A stretch of 53,916 nucleotides of DNA, counting the filler, from Circinaria calcarea (Eukaryota): assembly GCA_051942165.1 (NCBI GenBank). It is 4 parts of 4 records of this genome, joined end to end, with 100 filler letters (N's around TTAATTAATTAA, not from the genome) between each part and the next. Parts side by side here need not be neighbours in the genome. Positions count along the whole stretch, not along the records: positions 40,526 to 53,916 come from JAVECS010000507.1; 3 more parts are not named here. One strand, written 5' to 3'. The number at the start of each line of letters is the position of its first letter. The first letter of the stretch is position 1. Under the pieces are notes generated by a model. That model did not search any database, was not told the origin of the DNA, and saw only the letters and a list, made by a program, of their open reading frames with translations. The position numbers and the translations under genes are program-made. This document shows positions 51,330 through 53,916 of this stretch, piece after piece.

Positions 51330-52214
51330 AGACCCTATGCAGCTTTACTGTTGCTAGTTATTGGGTATGATATAATGAGTTGTAGTGTATAAGGTAGTTG
51401 GTAAGATATAATTGAAACACCTTTATTTCATTTATCATATTGGATTGGAAGGGGTGAATAAACACGGGTTAGGTCATACGCAGGTGATCTGCGTATGGAT
51501 CTTCTGGTCTATAACCTTTTTAAATAGAGGAACAATTGCTAGGTGGCGGTTTATGCGGGGCACAGATCCCATAAAAAGTACCTGGGAGTATCCAAACTTA
51601 ATTTTGTAAAATTGTTTATTGCAATTAAATGTGTTAAGGCTTTGCCTTAACACATTTCTTTATTTTTAGTTTGCTAAAAGTTATGTATTTCAGCTTTTTC
51701 TTCTAAAAAAAAAATGAAAAAAAAAAAATGAAAAACAAAAAAAAAAGTGAAATTAAAGCATAACTTATTCAATTAGATATCTATTTAAGTTAGAAATATT
51801 ATTTTTATGAAAGTAGGATTTTACCTATTACTACGTAGGTGTAATTAAAACATTAATTTATAACTACACCTGTGTTAATATATTGTCGACCTAACCGGTA
51901 AATGTGAAGAAAGAATCTCTTATTATTTAGAGGTAACTATTAAATAATAAGGGTAAAGGAATAATTAATATATGGTCCTCAAGAGGGAAACACTTAGGTA
52001 GATTATTTAGATTGTTTTTTATTGTTTGCTAATTTAGAGTGTTAAAATTAACTATCTAATTAGTTAAATGATCTTAATTTTATTTATAAAGTTTAATGGC
52101 TTAATCTTGCTTTACTGGTTGACTTACACGTCTTTCAGTCGCGTAAGCGGGGCATATGATCACAAGATGCAGAAAGGAAAGGTCTTGGATTTTTGAAAAA
52201 GCTACGCTAGGGAT

Positions 52215-53321
52215 TAAATGTTAGTCCTCCATTGTTTATTTGTCTTCGTTATTCTAAAGAAGAAAATAAACTATTGGTAAATATTTGGGTAAATTTCAAG
52301 GAAAACTTCTTTTCTTCTAAGAGAATAAGTATATTTGAAGCGAAGCTTGCTTAAGCATCATTGTAATTTCTTTAATTAAAACTTATAAAGAGTTTTACAA
52401 TTTAAGTAAGAACGTTCAACGACTAGAAGGTGAGTATTGCTAACAATAACCTTTTACTAACGCCCAACATCTTTCGAATCTAACTATTTAAATATATTGG
52501 ATATATCTTAAAGATTTAAAATTTAAAAGATTAAGATATATCTGTATAATAATTAATATTGTTAAATCAATATTAGTGAAAGAGACTAAACTAATAAGTT
52601 AAAAGTTTAGCTAAGGACAAAATGCTCTCTAATTTAATCTAAAGGCTTGAGTCCCCTCTAATCAAATTATATGTGAACATTAAATAAAGTTTTAAAAGCT
52701 TCCGTCGTATTAGCTGCAGTTCAAAGTGCTAAACAAGGTAATGCCCTGTCCGCAGACACTGTAGTGGCTGCTTCTAACAGTATAGATGCAGTTGCATCTT
52801 GTATTAATCAACATGGTTTGAATAAAGCGATGGTAAGTAACATGGCTAATTTGTGTCGCCCACCAGTTTAGACTGTAACAGTAACAGAAGTTCCGCATAC
52901 AATTATCTCCCTAGTTTGCGCGCAAACTCCAGCTACTGTCCCAGTTACTGCGGTAACAACAGAAGTTACTGTGATGGCAAGTTCAGCATTTACATTATTT
53001 AAGATTTGTCCAGCAGACATAGAAGGTAATACTTGTAGAATCGTGGCGGGTACTATTTTTAGTTTAAGTGGAAATTTTTTTGCTAATCATGTTTCTCCAT
53101 GAGCAGCTAGTTTTAATTAATTAAGGTCGTATTTTAAGTTTTCATTTGGGCTGTTTTCATGCTTTACTTAAAGCTTTGCTTATCTACCTAAGTAATTAAT
53201 TAATATCATTTTCGCTTTGCAATTAATTTAGATAGTTAATAAAGAAGATAAAGAAATAGTCTGAACCACCTTGTGAAAGGTGGAAATAAAGGATAAAGAG
53301 CCTTTAGGATAACAAATTTTG
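52215..53321 (+). other. Group I intron in rnl at about L2449/2450, without rps3
   Basis: Flanking exons ..GCTAGGGAT | AACAGG; R element TTCAACGACTAGA; S element AAATAGTCTGA; terminal G. Confidence 0.85.
52671..53120 (+). pseudogene. Degenerate non-rps3 ORF inside the group I intron
   Basis: Code-4 frame MWTLNKVLKASVVLAAVQ...SPWAASFN, 149 codons with one internal TAG (52869). Ala/Val/Thr-rich and more GC-rich than its surroundings. Confidence 0.45.
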
Positions 53322-53916
53322 AACAGGATAATTGCATATTAGACATGTAAACATGATGCTCTTGCATCAAGAGTAATAAAAAAAAAATTATTAAATCTAT
53401 CTATTTTAGAGAGAGAGAGTTAAAGAACTTTTTTTTTAATCACTCTATATTTATATAGTAGATATACTACATTATAATCGAGCTCTTTAGACAAATTCGA
53501 AAAAAAAAAAAATAAATAATGAAGAGTTTAGAACTTTACTTTTTTGCCACGATTAATTTAGCCTTTTAATATTTATTAATAGTATATAAGGTCTTATATA
53601 TAGACTGATCTAATACGGTTTAGATCTTTATCTTTAATTCCATAATCCTTTTTTCTTAATTTTTCTTATAAAGTTAAGAAATTTCTTAACTTTAGTGCGA
53701 ATTCTTCGAAACTTCTTCGTCTTCGACGAAGTAATAATATTTATTCTAAACACATGTTATATTTACCAAGAAATATCTCTTTAAGCTTGACTCATGCTAA
53801 ACATAATGCACTATCTAATTTTCCTGCAGATTATAGTTCAATATTAAATAGCAAAGTGATGATTAATATTTATTATCCTGAATCTATTAATGCTAAATTA
53901 AGTGGTGGTTGTAAAG

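Larger units (their letters stand above)
48430..53333 (+). rRNA. rnl: Mitochondrial large-subunit rRNA (5' end approximate, 3' part missing), with two introns
   Basis: Conserved LSU motifs GAATTGAAACATCT, AGTACCGTGAGGGAAA, GACCCGAAGC, GGAACTCGGCAAA, CCTAAGGTAGCG, GACGAGA|AGACCCTATG and GCTACGCTAGGGAT|AACAGG. Confidence 0.95.

Noticed and set aside
48399..52898. ORF-track ORFs within rnl
   Set aside because: They overlap rRNA or intron sequence and are chance frames.

Overview
The window is four unrelated contigs of about 13.4 kb each, in descending length order (1-13426, 13527-26926, 27027-40425, 40526-53916). They are joined by artificial N44-TTAATTAATTAA-N44 linkers, so adjacency across a linker means nothing. 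Contigs 1-3 are intron-containing nuclear DNA of a filamentous ascomycete. They carry the 5' end of PRP8 head-to-head with RPL34, small secreted proteins, a 5-exon Crinkler-like P-loop NTPase + PD-(D/E)xK nuclease gene, PPCS/CAB2, a HerA-like ATPase, an F-box-like/TPR gene, a GST, a TALE homeobox gene and a HeLo-pseudokinase-trypsin-like protease fusion. Contig 4 is mitochondrial-type DNA: trnC, a code-4 ORF, trnS, trnP, and rnl with an ORF-less group II intron at about L2059 and a group I intron at about L2449 that lacks rps3. The most unusual feature is a ~6 kb block (about 41.5-47.6 kb) inside this mitochondrial contig. It is two diverged tandem cassettes, each a divergent gene pair: an RGRP (AT-hook-like) protein on the minus strand and a restriction-endonuclease-fold protein on the plus strand, separated by a spacer full of iteron-like repeats and an A/T palindrome. 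These genes have spliceosomal-type introns and use TGG for Trp, so they look nuclear or mobile-element derived rather than mitochondrial. All family assignments come from manual motif recognition; no searches were run.
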